Positions 26,809-37,189 of a stretch of DNA of 64,000 nt are shown here, one piece after another; position 1 is the stretch's first letter, and each line of letters begins with the position of its first letter. Source of the stretch: Balanoglossus misakiensis (taxonomy: Eukaryota; Animalia; Hemichordata); NCBI GenBank assembly GCA_040954595.2, contig CM082586.2, positions 9,269,337-9,333,336 of the forward strand, in the 5' to 3' direction. The position numbers and the translations under genes are program-made. The notes under the pieces were generated by a model, which worked only from the letters and a program-made list of their open reading frames with translations, was not told where the DNA came from and did no database searches.

Positions 26809-29800
26809 ATGCCTCGTAAGAAGTACTGGAAGAAGAGTGATGTGCAGAAGAAGCGGTTGGGTTTGGGTCGTGTCCCACCAACCAGTGGAATTATCACTCA
26901 GGGCCAATCTGTCCTGTTTGACCAAAATGACACTGTTACAGTGGAAAATGTATCTGGAAATTATGTCCCTCGGGACCTTATGAACTTGGATAATAAATCT
27001 GGAAATGATGTCCTTCGGGACGCTAAGAACTTGCAAAATAACTCTTATGGTGTCCTTCGGGATCATGATAACTTGCAAAATAACTCTTATGGTGTCCTTC
27101 GGGATCTAGATGACTTGCGAAATGAATCTGATGGTGTCCTTTGGGATCTAAATGACTGGCAAAATAAATCTGATAATGCTGTTATTCAGGGTCATGGTGA
27201 ACATGTTGGAGATTTTGAGGACGTAAGTAACACTATGGCACGTGATGTTGCACATGATGAAGGTGATCAAAGAGGAATTACTGTTGAGCATGAAGTTGAG
27301 GAGACTTATGTGATGGGAGAAGTCGATAATGTGAACATAGCAAGAGTTACAGAAACAGAGTGTGTTGGAAATGATTCACAAGATTTACATAATGTTGGTA
27401 CCGAAACCAGTGAATATTTATTTTGTCCAATTACGTCTGTGATACAGCATGAGTTATGTGAGAAACTTCACTTACATAATGAAACTACTACTGAGTGTGT
27501 AAATGGAATTGAGGGTGCGGAAGCTGGTGAACCCTGTAAAATAAAGTCAATTGTTGGTGATGGTAACTGTTTGTTTCGGGCGTTGTCATATGCTGTAAGT
27601 GGAAGTGAGAGAAATCACAGAGTGATGCGAAAAGCCATTGTTAATCACTTGAGAGTCAATGAGAATGCATATTTAGATTTCATAAAGTCAATGGGATATA
27701 CATCAGTTGCAGACTACATTGAAAAGTCTAGAATGGATTGCCTTAACATTTGGGGTTCTGAAGTTGAAATCTTCGCAGGAGCAAACTTGTTGAATACTGA
27801 CATATATGTCCATACCATTGGCAGATGGTGGAAACATCCTTGCACTCAATTTAATGAGAGGAATTGCAGTCGAGGTGATGGTATCTATATTTATCATCTG
27901 AATCAAAATCATTTTGATGTCGTTGAGTGTGTCAAAACACCTAACTTGGAAAGCTGTCACTGCACACATACTGATTGTGATGTACAAGTGTCTAGTGTAA
28001 ATGTGACTGACAACTGCAAATCTGTTACAAGTAGTGAGATATCTTCTTCACAAAGGAAGTGTCCAAATAAGACAGGAATTGTGAATGCCAATTTGAATGC
28101 ACTGGGGATTGAAACTGGAGTTAAGAGAAAAAGGCCGATGAGTACACGGCTGAGGAAGAAACTGAGAAGAGTGAAATATCAACAGAAAGAAAGTATGGAA
28201 ACTGCACCTAGTGCAAATGTTAAAACAAAGAGCAGTAGGGCTGATAGACAGCGTGTGTTGTATCATAGTAATTGTGAAATCAGAGAGCAACTGAAATTGA
28301 AAAGGAAAAGAAGGTACCATGAAGATATATCATACAAAGAGGTTAAGAAACAGAAATTTTCACAGAAGTACCAGCATGACGCATTGTTTCGTGAGGCAAA
28401 GAAGGTGAAATCATCAGAGAAGTACCGGCATGACACATTGTTTCGTGAGGCGAAGAAGGTGAAATTGTCAGAGAAGTACCGGCATGACACATTGTTTCGT
28501 GAGGCGAAGAAGGTGAAATTGTCAGAGAAGTACCGGCATGACACATTATTTCGTGAGGCGAAGAAGGTGAAATTGTCAGAGAAGTACCGGCATGACACAT
28601 TGTTTCGTGAGGCAAAGAAGATGAAATTGTCAGAGAAGTACCGGCATGACACATTGTTTCGTGAGGGAAAGAAGATGAAATTGTCAGAGAAGTACCGTAA
28701 CAATGCAGAATTTCGTGCTCGAACGAAATCTAAATTAATGGAGGTATATCAGCAAAATCCTTTGGTGAGAGGGATTCAGCAGAGGAAATGTTTACAAAGG
28801 TACAAACAGAACCGAAGTTATAGACAGGCTGTATTGGAAAGAAGTGAAAGTAAAAGAGAACAGAAGAAAATTAATGAAAGAAATTTGGACTATGTTGTTG
28901 CTGCTTTCAGAAATCAGGTATCAAATGGTCCTGACTGTGTGTGTTCTGTTTGCCACAGGCGACTTTTCAGAAAGCAAGTAATTCTTTGCAGAAGGGATAA
29001 GTATGCGAGTAAAATTGCATCATGTGATATTGCTGAGAATTGTATTACAGAAGATTATGTACATAGATGTAGTGTCTTATGTCCTGTTGAGTGCCCACTT
29101 GAAAATAGTGCAGCTAGTAAGATGTGGATTTGTTACACATGTGACACTAAACTGTTGCGTGGAAAGATGCCAGTTCAAGCTGTTGCAAACAATATGCATG
29201 TAAACCCAATTCCCCATGAATTGGAATGCCTGAATTCTCTAGAGCAACATCTGATTGCATTGCATATTCCTTTCATGAAAATGATGGCGCTACCAAAAGG
29301 TGGACAAAATGGTGTTCATGGACCTGTTGTATGTGTCCCATCTAATATAGAGAAAGCTACAAGTATTTTGCCACGAGGTGAATTGGATGATCAGATGATA
29401 AAGGTGAAATTGAAGCGAAAATTGACTTACAAGGGTTGTTATCAGTATCAGTTTGTAACCAAAAGCCACATTCAGAATGCATTGGATTACTTACAGAGAA
29501 ATAACAAGTGGTATAGTGATGTGAAATTCAATGTGGATTGGGAAAATAGTCTGGAAAAAACAAAAGATGAACCTTCAGATGTCAAAGATATTGATGATGA
29601 TGTGTCATCAGAAACAGAAGATGAAACTGACACTGGGAAAGATACCAATGGAATATTCATGGACACATGTTTTCAGCCAGTCAATATAGGTCAGGATATC
29701 CTTGATTATCACTTTGATGATATAATGTCTGTTGCTCCTGCAGAGGGTAATGTACCTGTTAGTGTTTTGATGGAGAAATTCAATGAAGCCAAGTGCTTTC

Positions 29801-32800
29801 CAGTGTTATTTCCAACCGGGTCACCAACATTTCATGATGAAAGAGAGGTTAACATAACTATCAATCGATACTTGCAAAGTCGTTTGTTGAATGCAAGCAA
29901 CAGGTTTGCACAAAATACAGACTACATATTTTATTCACAGTATCTGTCGGAAATTGATCAGGTGGTATCCAATGTATCTATTGCGTTGAGAAAAGGAACT
30001 GCACATGCTTGTGGCAAAAAAGTTACATCTGATGTTTTGACTGACAGAGAATCTTTGCAAAACATTTTGAAGTGTGATGAAGGTTACAAGTTTTTGAAAC
30101 CTATCAGAGGGACACCCCCTTACTGGCAAGCTACACAGAAAGATTTGTTTGCAATGATCAGACAGCTAGGTATTCCAACATGGTTCTGTTCATTTTCTTC
30201 TGCGGATTTGCGATGGAAAGAACTGATTGAGACATTACTCCGTGGCGAAGGTGATACACGTAATGCAGAGGATCTTGATTGGTCTGAGAAATGTGGTATT
30301 TTGAAGCGTAACGCAGTAACAGCTGCAAGAATGTTTGATCATCGGTTTCAATGTTTTCTGAAAGATGTCATTATGTCACCAGCCAATCCTATTGGCAAAA
30401 TCAAAGATTACTTTTATCGAGTAGAATTCCAACAACGTGGTTCACCCCACACTCACTGCTTATTTTGGGTTGAAAATGCACCCAGAGTAGACAAGGATTC
30501 TGATGATGAAGTGGTTGATTTTGTAGACACATATGTTACGTGTGAAATGCCATCATCTGACAATGATGAAGAATTACATGACATTGTTAAGTCAGTTCAG
30601 AAACACAGCACACGTCATTCAAAATCTTGCAAGAAGAAAAATACTAAGTGTAGATTTAATTTTCCACGGCCACCATCAAAAGAGACATTTGTATGTCGCC
30701 CTGTTGACAGCGTAGTGGAAAAAGTACCAGAAGATCTAGAAAAGGCAGAGAGTCGTGAAGCATTTGAAATTGCCGTTTCAGAGCTGAGTGTTTCACCAGT
30801 GGAGCAAAAGATGGCTACAACACTTCTAGAGAAAGTTTGGGTGGCAATGAATGACAAGGAGAAAGAGTATGATACCATAGATGACTTATTTGAGGAAGTT
30901 GGTATATCTCAGGAAGCATATGAGAGGGCACATTCAATCGTTTCAAAAAAGACAAGTATAGTTATGAAACGTCAGCCTAATGATGTGTGGGTAAACCAAT
31001 ACAATGCTTGTCTTCTGCGTTGCTGGAATGCAAATATGGATATCCAGTTTGTTGTTGATGCATATGCATGTGTTGTGTATATTGTATCATACATTTCGAA
31101 GGCAGAAAGAGAAATGGGTTTACTTCTGGAACATGCTCAGAAAGAAGCTAATAAAGAAGGAAATATGGATGCTAAATCTGCATTGCAACAGTTGGGCGGT
31201 GTTTATTTGCACAACAGAGAAGTAAGTGCTCAGGAGGCTGTATATAGAGTGTGTGGCTTGAAACTGAAGCAATCATCTCGAAAAGTCCAGTTTATTCCTA
31301 CTGGAGAGAATCCTATCAAAATGAGTTTACCATTTGCTGCAATAAAGAACAAAATGAAGGGAAATGAGGTCGATGAGGAAAGCATCTGGATGAATAGTGT
31401 TGTTGACAGATACAAGAACAGACCATATGGAGAAGAATTTAATACCATGTGTCTTGCTACATTTTGCTCAGAATACAGAATAGTTTCAAAATCAGAAGTT
31501 GTGAATGTCAACGATGAGAAACGTCAGAGTCCTGTAGTACAGTTAAACAATGGTACTGGCTATATGCAAAAGAGATCTCGAACTGAACCCGCTGTCATCA
31601 GATATGCAAGATTCTCAGTGACAAAATATCCAGAGAAGTATTACCGCAGTATGTTAGAACTCTTTCTACCACACCGGGTTGATGCACAACTGAAACCTAG
31701 TGGTTTTGAATCCTACGAGGATTTCTATCGTGTTGGTGCTGTGAAATGTGGATCTGAATCTGTAGAAAAAGTGAAGGACATAGTGGAAAGAAACAAAGCA
31801 TTGTTTGAAAAAGAGGCTGATGCTGTTGATATGGCTGAAGAATTCCTTGGTGGGAATAATGAACCACTGGAAGATGCATGGGCACAAATCTGTCCAGAAA
31901 ATGAATTAGACAGATTGGAATGTATTGAGGAAGGCAAAAAATGCAACGACCATGGTGATGGAGATGAAACAGATGATATTCCAGAGTTGGTGGCAAAAGC
32001 GCAAGGTGATTGCAGTGTGGAGATCTCTACTTCAATAGCAAGAGCTGAAATTGCAGCAATGTGCAGATCATTGAACAAAAAACAAGCTGAAGTATTTTAT
32101 AGTGTGAGACAGTGGTGTTTGGATAAAAGCAATGGAAAGAATCCAGGGCCTTTTCATTTATTTGTGAGTGGTGGTGCTGGCACTGGGAAAAGCCATTTAA
32201 TAAAAACATTATATCATGAAGCCAAACGAATCTTATCTCGTGTATTGCCAAACCCAGATGAAATCTCTGTAATGCTCACAGCTCCAACAGGTGTAGCTGC
32301 ATTTAATATACAAGGAGAAACACTACATCATGCATTTTCAATAGCAGTTGACTCAAAGCTGCCGTATCAGCCACTGCATGAGGAAAAGATAAACAGTCTG
32401 CGTTCAAAACTTGGAAATCTTGAAATTTTAATAATAGATGAAATTTCTATGGTTGATAAGAAGTTATTGCACTACGTTCATGGAAGATTAAGACAACTCA
32501 AACAACGCTCAAGTCAGTCACCATTTGGAAATGTAAGTGTCATTGCTGTTGGTGATTTTTACCAACTTCCACCTGTGAAAGGAAGTCCACTATGCATAGA
32601 CAATGATGTAATTAGTTTATGGAGTGATAATTTCAAGATTGTTGAGCTTACTGAAATAATGAGACAGAAGGATAGTGGATTTGCAGAAGCACTGAATCAC
32701 ATAAGACTTCACAAGAAGGGAGAGGCACTGAAAGCAAATGACTTGGAAATGTTTCAGAAATGTGTCACAGGTGAATCCTCTGAGGCAATTCACATTTTTG

Positions 32801-34149
32801 GTACAAATGCAGAAGTAAATAAATGCAATGTTACAATGCTTCATTCATTATGTTCTGATCCTGTATGTATTGAAGCAGAAGATTTCATCAAAAATGCTAC
32901 AACTGGGAAATTAGAAAGAAAGGAAGGTCATCATACAAAAGTCTACAGAACAATGTTGCCTAAAAGTGTAACTCTAGCCATTGGTGCACGAGTTCAATTG
33001 ACACAAAATATAGATGTTTCTGATGGGCTGGTGAATGGTGTATTTGGAACGGTATGCCATATTGAAGTGAAGGAAAATGGGACTTTCCCAATGGCTGTTT
33101 ATGTGGTGTTTGATAATGTAAGTGTTGGGCAAAAGTTGCGCAGGAAAACACCTAATGTAGTTCAGTTACCAGAAAGGAGCACACGTATTGAACCTCAGGA
33201 ATTGTCTGTTGCAATTAATGGTGGTATAAGGAGACAGTTTCCTCTGAAACTAGCATGGGCATGTACTGTGCATAAGGTACAAGGATTGACAGTTGATAAA
33301 GCTGTTGTTAGTTTAAAGAAGATGTTTGCACCTGGGCAGGCATATGTTGCATTGAGCCGAGTAAGATCATTAGAAGGTCTCGTCATTGATGAACTGAAAA
33401 CATCATCTATTTATTGCAATCCAAAGATACAGGCTGCTTTGGCAGAAATGCCACAGTTTCTTGATACATGTGCAACAAAGTTGGAAACAAGTAATGCTTG
33501 CACTTTCATACTGCATAATATTGAGGGTGTTGAAAACCACATTGAGGATATTTGCAGTGGTACTGAATACTTGGAGTCAGATTTCATTTGTTTGACCGAA
33601 ACATGGTTATCAGAGACAACAATAGCATCTGATGTAGAAGTTAGTGGTTTTGTATTTTGTCACAAACCCCGAAGTTTATCTTATAATCAATTGAATAACA
33701 ACACTGCGACTTTGCAATCACAACATAGGGGTGGTGTTGGAGTGTACTGTAATATATCTAGAACTGTAGAAATTTTACATTTGCCTGTTTGTAACCTGGA
33801 ATATATGGCATTTTATGACAAAGACATTAATGTGTCAATAGCAGTAGTTTATAGACCACCATCATACAAAGCAGAGACATTCAGGAAGAACTTGCTTCTT
33901 TTAGTGAGTGAAATGGGTAAACGCCATGGTGGGATAGTGATCATGGGTGATTTCAATGAGAACATATTCACATCGGCATCTCTTGTGGATTTAATGCAAT
34001 GCTGTGGTTTTAAGCAGTGTGTTAATACAGCAACCACAGAAGCAGGTACACTGATTGACCATGTGTATGTGAAAGGCATACAAAATGTTACAGTAGAGAT
34101 TGTACCCAAATACTTCAGTTTTCATGAAGCCATACGTATTCAGATTTGA
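26809..34149 (+). CDS. Helentron (Helitron2/HLE2) RepHel transposase polyprotein: OTU cysteine protease - Zn finger - HUH/Y2 Rep - Pif1-like SF1B helicase - APE-type endonuclease
   Basis: Uninterrupted 2446-aa ORF. OTU: IVGDGNCLFRALS...WGSEVEI...NHFDVV. Cys-rich: CSVCHRRLF...WICYTCD. Rep: GIPTWFCSFSSAD, YRVEFQQRGSPHTHCLFW (HUH, with the Ser typical of Helentrons), YIVSYISK (Y2). Helicase: GGAGTGKS, TAPTGVAA, LIIDEISMV, GDFYQLPPV, LTEIMRQKD, RQFPLKLAWACTVHKVQGLT, YVALSRV. APE: LHNIEG, CLTETWL, VYRPP, MGDFNE, LIDHVY, FSFH. Confidence 0.97.
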   Translation: MPRKKYWKKSDVQKKRLGLGRVPPTSGIITQGQSVLFDQNDTVTVENVSGNYVPRDLMNLDNKSGNDVLRDAKNLQNNSYGVLRDHDNLQNNSYGVLRDLDDLRNESDGVLWDLNDWQNKSDNAVIQGHGEHVGDFEDVSNTMARDVAHDEGDQRGITVEHEVEETYVMGEVDNVNIARVTETECVGNDSQDLHNVGTETSEYLFCPITSVIQHELCEKLHLHNETTTECVNGIEGAEAGEPCKIKSIVGDGNCLFRALSYAVSGSERNHRVMRKAIVNHLRVNENAYLDFIKSMGYTSVADYIEKSRMDCLNIWGSEVEIFAGANLLNTDIYVHTIGRWWKHPCTQFNERNCSRGDGIYIYHLNQNHFDVVECVKTPNLESCHCTHTDCDVQVSSVNVTDNCKSVTSSEISSSQRKCPNKTGIVNANLNALGIETGVKRKRPMSTRLRKKLRRVKYQQKESMETAPSANVKTKSSRADRQRVLYHSNCEIREQLKLKRKRRYHEDISYKEVKKQKFSQKYQHDALFREAKKVKSSEKYRHDTLFREAKKVKLSEKYRHDTLFREAKKVKLSEKYRHDTLFREAKKVKLSEKYRHDTLFREAKKMKLSEKYRHDTLFREGKKMKLSEKYRNNAEFRARTKSKLMEVYQQNPLVRGIQQRKCLQRYKQNRSYRQAVLERSESKREQKKINERNLDYVVAAFRNQVSNGPDCVCSVCHRRLFRKQVILCRRDKYASKIASCDIAENCITEDYVHRCSVLCPVECPLENSAASKMWICYTCDTKLLRGKMPVQAVANNMHVNPIPHELECLNSLEQHLIALHIPFMKMMALPKGGQNGVHGPVVCVPSNIEKATSILPRGELDDQMIKVKLKRKLTYKGCYQYQFVTKSHIQNALDYLQRNNKWYSDVKFNVDWENSLEKTKDEPSDVKDIDDDVSSETEDETDTGKDTNGIFMDTCFQPVNIGQDILDYHFDDIMSVAPAEGNVPVSVLMEKFNEAKCFPVLFPTGSPTFHDEREVNITINRYLQSRLLNASNRFAQNTDYIFYSQYLSEIDQVVSNVSIALRKGTAHACGKKVTSDVLTDRESLQNILKCDEGYKFLKPIRGTPPYWQATQKDLFAMIRQLGIPTWFCSFSSADLRWKELIETLLRGEGDTRNAEDLDWSEKCGILKRNAVTAARMFDHRFQCFLKDVIMSPANPIGKIKDYFYRVEFQQRGSPHTHCLFWVENAPRVDKDSDDEVVDFVDTYVTCEMPSSDNDEELHDIVKSVQKHSTRHSKSCKKKNTKCRFNFPRPPSKETFVCRPVDSVVEKVPEDLEKAESREAFEIAVSELSVSPVEQKMATTLLEKVWVAMNDKEKEYDTIDDLFEEVGISQEAYERAHSIVSKKTSIVMKRQPNDVWVNQYNACLLRCWNANMDIQFVVDAYACVVYIVSYISKAEREMGLLLEHAQKEANKEGNMDAKSALQQLGGVYLHNREVSAQEAVYRVCGLKLKQSSRKVQFIPTGENPIKMSLPFAAIKNKMKGNEVDEESIWMNSVVDRYKNRPYGEEFNTMCLATFCSEYRIVSKSEVVNVNDEKRQSPVVQLNNGTGYMQKRSRTEPAVIRYARFSVTKYPEKYYRSMLELFLPHRVDAQLKPSGFESYEDFYRVGAVKCGSESVEKVKDIVERNKALFEKEADAVDMAEEFLGGNNEPLEDAWAQICPENELDRLECIEEGKKCNDHGDGDETDDIPELVAKAQGDCSVEISTSIARAEIAAMCRSLNKKQAEVFYSVRQWCLDKSNGKNPGPFHLFVSGGAGTGKSHLIKTLYHEAKRILSRVLPNPDEISVMLTAPTGVAAFNIQGETLHHAFSIAVDSKLPYQPLHEEKINSLRSKLGNLEILIIDEISMVDKKLLHYVHGRLRQLKQRSSQSPFGNVSVIAVGDFYQLPPVKGSPLCIDNDVISLWSDNFKIVELTEIMRQKDSGFAEALNHIRLHKKGEALKANDLEMFQKCVTGESSEAIHIFGTNAEVNKCNVTMLHSLCSDPVCIEAEDFIKNATTGKLERKEGHHTKVYRTMLPKSVTLAIGARVQLTQNIDVSDGLVNGVFGTVCHIEVKENGTFPMAVYVVFDNVSVGQKLRRKTPNVVQLPERSTRIEPQELSVAINGGIRRQFPLKLAWACTVHKVQGLTVDKAVVSLKKMFAPGQAYVALSRVRSLEGLVIDELKTSSIYCNPKIQAALAEMPQFLDTCATKLETSNACTFILHNIEGVENHIEDICSGTEYLESDFICLTETWLSETTIASDVEVSGFVFCHKPRSLSYNQLNNNTATLQSQHRGGVGVYCNISRTVEILHLPVCNLEYMAFYDKDINVSIAVVYRPPSYKAETFRKNLLLLVSEMGKRHGGIVIMGDFNENIFTSASLVDLMQCCGFKQCVNTATTEAGTLIDHVYVKGIQNVTVEIVPKYFSFHEAIRIQI
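26950..27175 (+). repeat. Coding minisatellite, 42 bp / 14 aa (NNSYGVLRDxDNLQ-like) x ~5
   Basis: Repeated tgtccttcggga...acttgcaaaataa; protein reads GNDVLRDAKNLQNNSYGVLRDHDNLQNNSYGVLRDLDDLRNESDGVLWD. Confidence 0.85.
27538..27921 (+). other. OTU-like cysteine protease (deubiquitinase-family) domain of RepHel
   Basis: GDGNCLFRA catalytic Asp/Cys motif, WG-x-x-x-EI motif and catalytic His in NHFD are all present. Confidence 0.9.
28363..28698 (+). repeat. Coding minisatellite, 54 bp / 18 aa (EKYRHDTLFREAKKVKLS) x ~6.2
   Basis: Near-perfect in-frame repeats starting at 28363, 28417, 28471, 28525, 28579, 28633 and 28687. Confidence 0.95.
30103..31260 (+). other. HUH (Y2) Rep nickase domain
   Basis: Motif 1 ~30169-30207 (GIPTWFCSFSSAD), motif 2 30415-30468 (YRVEFQQRGSPHTHCLFW), motif 3 31078-31101 (YIVSYISK), followed by REVSAQEA. 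Confidence 0.93.
32071..33420 (+). other. Pif1-family 5'-3' DNA helicase domain
   Basis: Walker A GGAGTGKS at 32170-32193, Walker B IIDEISM, motifs III-VI ending with YVALSRV at 33343-33363. Confidence 0.95.
33505..34146 (+). other. C-terminal apurinic/apyrimidinic (EEP/APE) endonuclease domain
   Basis: HNIEG, LTETWL, GGVGVY, VYRPP, GDFN, IDHVY motifs; the terminal motif reads SFH instead of canonical SDH. Confidence 0.88.
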
Positions 34150-34283
34150 ACATTCACACTAAACTGAGACAAACACTGATATACACTGAAGTAATTTTCA
34201 AGAATGCAAACCCGTCCTGATTATTACGATTTTGTGGTGTTGCCATTGTGACGGGGCCACATTTTTTTGTTTGAATTCTCTAT

Positions 34284-34435
34284 CTGATTAATACCACCTG
34301 TCAAGATATGCTCCATGTTTACCATTGTCAGGTGTTTGTTGTTGTTTACGCTGTTCCTATGTCAGCAGTAAACAAAAACAAAAAGACCTGACAATGGTGA
34401 AGACAGTATTAGCCTCTACAGGTGATATTAATCAG
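34284..34435. repeat. ~150-bp imperfect inverted repeat (hairpin) just 3' of the RepHel stop codon
   Basis: ctgattaataccacctgt pairs with acaggtgatattaatcag; accattgtcaggtgtttgttgttgtttac pairs with gtaaacaaaaacaaaaagacctgacaatggt. Confidence 0.85.
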
Positions 34436-34492
34436 TGTGTTTGTGTGTGTAAGAGGGGAGGACGTCATGAGTGTATAGAGCTTGCAAGTTAA

Positions 34493-34925
34493 AGGGAAAA
34501 GTCACTGTTTTATGATCATTTCTTTATATTGTTTGATATGAACAGAAGTCTCAGTTGTGTGAGTCCTTATAAGAAACTGAAATACTTATAAAGTGTGGAA
34601 AACACCTACTCTACTTGCAGATTGACATGTTAAAATATTCAGTTGAACATTTTCTGGTACAGATGATAACCTGAGCAATCATGCTCTTTGTTGTAGACCC
34701 TACCGGTACACTAATTTGTTTTGTGATCTCTATGAGGACTTCTTTTTACGCCAAGGAAAACAGTGTTTTATATTACGTAGATGTCACACATAAGATAATC
34801 TGTGACCCTAGAACAAGGGTGTAATTTTCGACCACAGTTGGATGGGCATTTCACAGAATTTGTGTGTTTATATTAGAATTCCATGCGTACTTGACTAGAC
34901 TATTAAAAACAGCAACTTTGTCCCT
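34493..34925. mobile_element. Second Kolobok/T2-like MITE remnant flanked by TTAA
   Basis: TTAA|aggga-aaagtcactgtttt ... aaaacagcaactttgtccct|TTAA; same terminal motif as the element at 25840-26186. Confidence 0.6.
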
Positions 34926-35884
34926 TTAAAGAAACGGTTTCTGTAACTTTGTACATTGCTTGTATTATGTATTTTTTATTTGACTTCAAAATGTTCATTT
35001 ACGTTGAGAACACACCCTATGCAGAAGTTACAGTTGCTTACTGTTTTAGGAGTACAGGATAGAGCTCATGTCACTTGTTCTCTCTTTGTCTCCACATACT
35101 TGTAAGTGATTGCCATTGGTAATTTTGAGTGAGATGTTTTAGATGGTGTCCTCACAATCTGATTTTAATGATTATATGAATTCAAATGTATATATGTACA
35201 AAAATGTATATGGCGAAACTATATATAATAGAAGAGATAATTTTTTTTGAAGTGTATATATTGTTGTATTTGAAGTGTTTATGAGACAATGTATTTAAGT
35301 AGAAATGGAATATGTTAGAGCTTGTGTGAATTACTTCAATTGTTAACTGTGATGTGCAATGTGCCATAAATAATGTAAAAGTGTGTTATGCACACATATA
35401 ACAAGCTGAGGAGTCTATGGTGAAAGAACTATATCGCAATCAATATCTGGGATGGATTATAAAGTATGCATATGTGTGAAAAGAGTGTTCCATCATACTT
35501 TAACCATATTCATTGCTATATGACAAAGTCTGTACATCCTATATTTATATGGATCCATTTCTTTTGTAACTGCTCATGTTTGTCAGTCCATGCTGATAAT
35601 GTGTAGCAGACACTTTTAACTTGCCCACCATCCAACAATAACAGCCACTTTGTGTGGAGCTAGTTCACAGACATACCTGAACCACATTGGTTGACACTTT
35701 AAATGTCAATACACTATATCATACAAAAAGATGCAGTTGATTTTTTATGGAAAGTAATATATTGGCGAGAAGTATCACTTCTCTTGTTGCATATAGTAAA
35801 GTTGGACCTGTGAACAGAGACCTGAGGCTGAAGGGGTTAACCATTTCTGTGTATTGCCTTGGCACAATGACATTTTACCACAAG

Positions 35885-36393
35885 CATACATAGACATATG
35901 AATTAGTTTCAAAGTGTGATGCAATAATTAGGTCACCATGACCATTTGCAACAATACGACGATGTTGATGGTGTTGTGAGGTACAAGTAGGCATAATGGC
36001 CAGTCATGTTTTAAATTTCACAGGAAAACGATAAATTGTACCATATATGTATGTGGAAACATCATAGTCCAGTGGTTAGAGCATCGGGCTCATGATCAAA
36101 GAATCATGCATGGGTTCGAGCCGTGGCATGGCTGGGTGAAAAATTGGTACCTTGGTAGGACATACATTGTATGTGTATGTTTAGCTCTGCGTTGCTGATA
36201 TAACGGCTGCACAAATGAGCTGCTGTTTCCTCCCCAGGGAGCTGAATGGAATATTTAGGTCAAATGACCTAGGTCCAATAACCATGGGGATAATGTATAC
36301 AGCGTTTACCTGTGCCATATAAGAAATAAATATGTCCTATATAAGGTCATGGTGACCTAATTATTGCATCATACTAATTCATGTCTACGTATG
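35885..36393. repeat. ~55-bp inverted repeat pair (35885-35943 / 36345-36393) bracketing the SINE remnant
   Basis: gatgcaataattaggtcaccatgacc is exactly complementary to ggtcatggtgacctaattattgcatc; flanking catacatagaca..tgaattagt also pairs. Confidence 0.75.
36055..36333 (+). mobile_element. Degenerate tRNA-derived SINE remnant
   Basis: A-box-like tagtccagtgg (36065), followed by ttagagca; anticodon-arm-like gggctcatgatc; B-box-like ggttcgagcc (36113); body with ctccccagggag; A/T-rich tail tataagaaataaatat. Confidence 0.6.
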
Positions 36394-37189
36394 TTGTATC
36401 ATGTGCTGTATAATAAATAAATATGTGCCTTATAAGAAATAAATATTAATATTAATTAATGTGAAATTACTATGTAATTGGACTGGTTTGATGATAATAC
36501 TCATTATAAATTCTTTTTCATTTTTATGATAGCTATGTATTTTGCTTGTTTTTGTACAGATATTTTATTTGTATTCATGTGTATTGATCGATTTACTAAG
36601 TTTTCCCAGACTTTGTAATTACTCTTTTCACCCCACTCAATCAATGATGGTTAATGATCATTGTGTAACACAGCTAATTCATTAAGAAAAGAATAACATG
36701 AATACAAAACTTTAATGGAAGAGAAAAAAACTATTATAGCCACATATATTGATTCCCATTGATATCCTCATGGAGAACTTGAGTTTTGTTTACTTTTACT
36801 TATCGTGTTGTTATTCACTGCTATAGTAAAGTTTGATTACTTCTACATCCTTAGCTGTTTGATTGTTAATCCTCACTCATTCGATTGTTGCTGAATATTC
36901 AATAAAGAAATCTAAACTTGTCTGAAATGTGTTTGGTCATGATTGTTAAGGTCATTGTAATTATTTTCAAATACAAAAAATTGACTACAAATTTAGTAAG
37001 AATTTTTGTGTGCAAATTCCCCAATAAATGTATGGGTATTAAACACCCTCCTCCACCAATACATAAACCACAGCAAACATCTGACATTATTATTCTACCA
37101 ATCAAATGCTAAATTTTGTAATATCTATGATGTACTTGAGAAAGGCAGCTGATGAGTCATCAAAATTCTTTTGCAAACGTTTTCATAAA

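Noticed and set aside
26788-34109. Antisense and alternative-frame ORFs overlapping RepHel
   Set aside because: They are shadows of the long coding frame and its 54-bp repeat, with no independent motifs.
36055-36130. Possible tRNA(Met-like) gene
   Set aside because: The acceptor and T stems do not pair convincingly, and the sequence continues into a SINE-like body and tail, so it is treated as a SINE relic.
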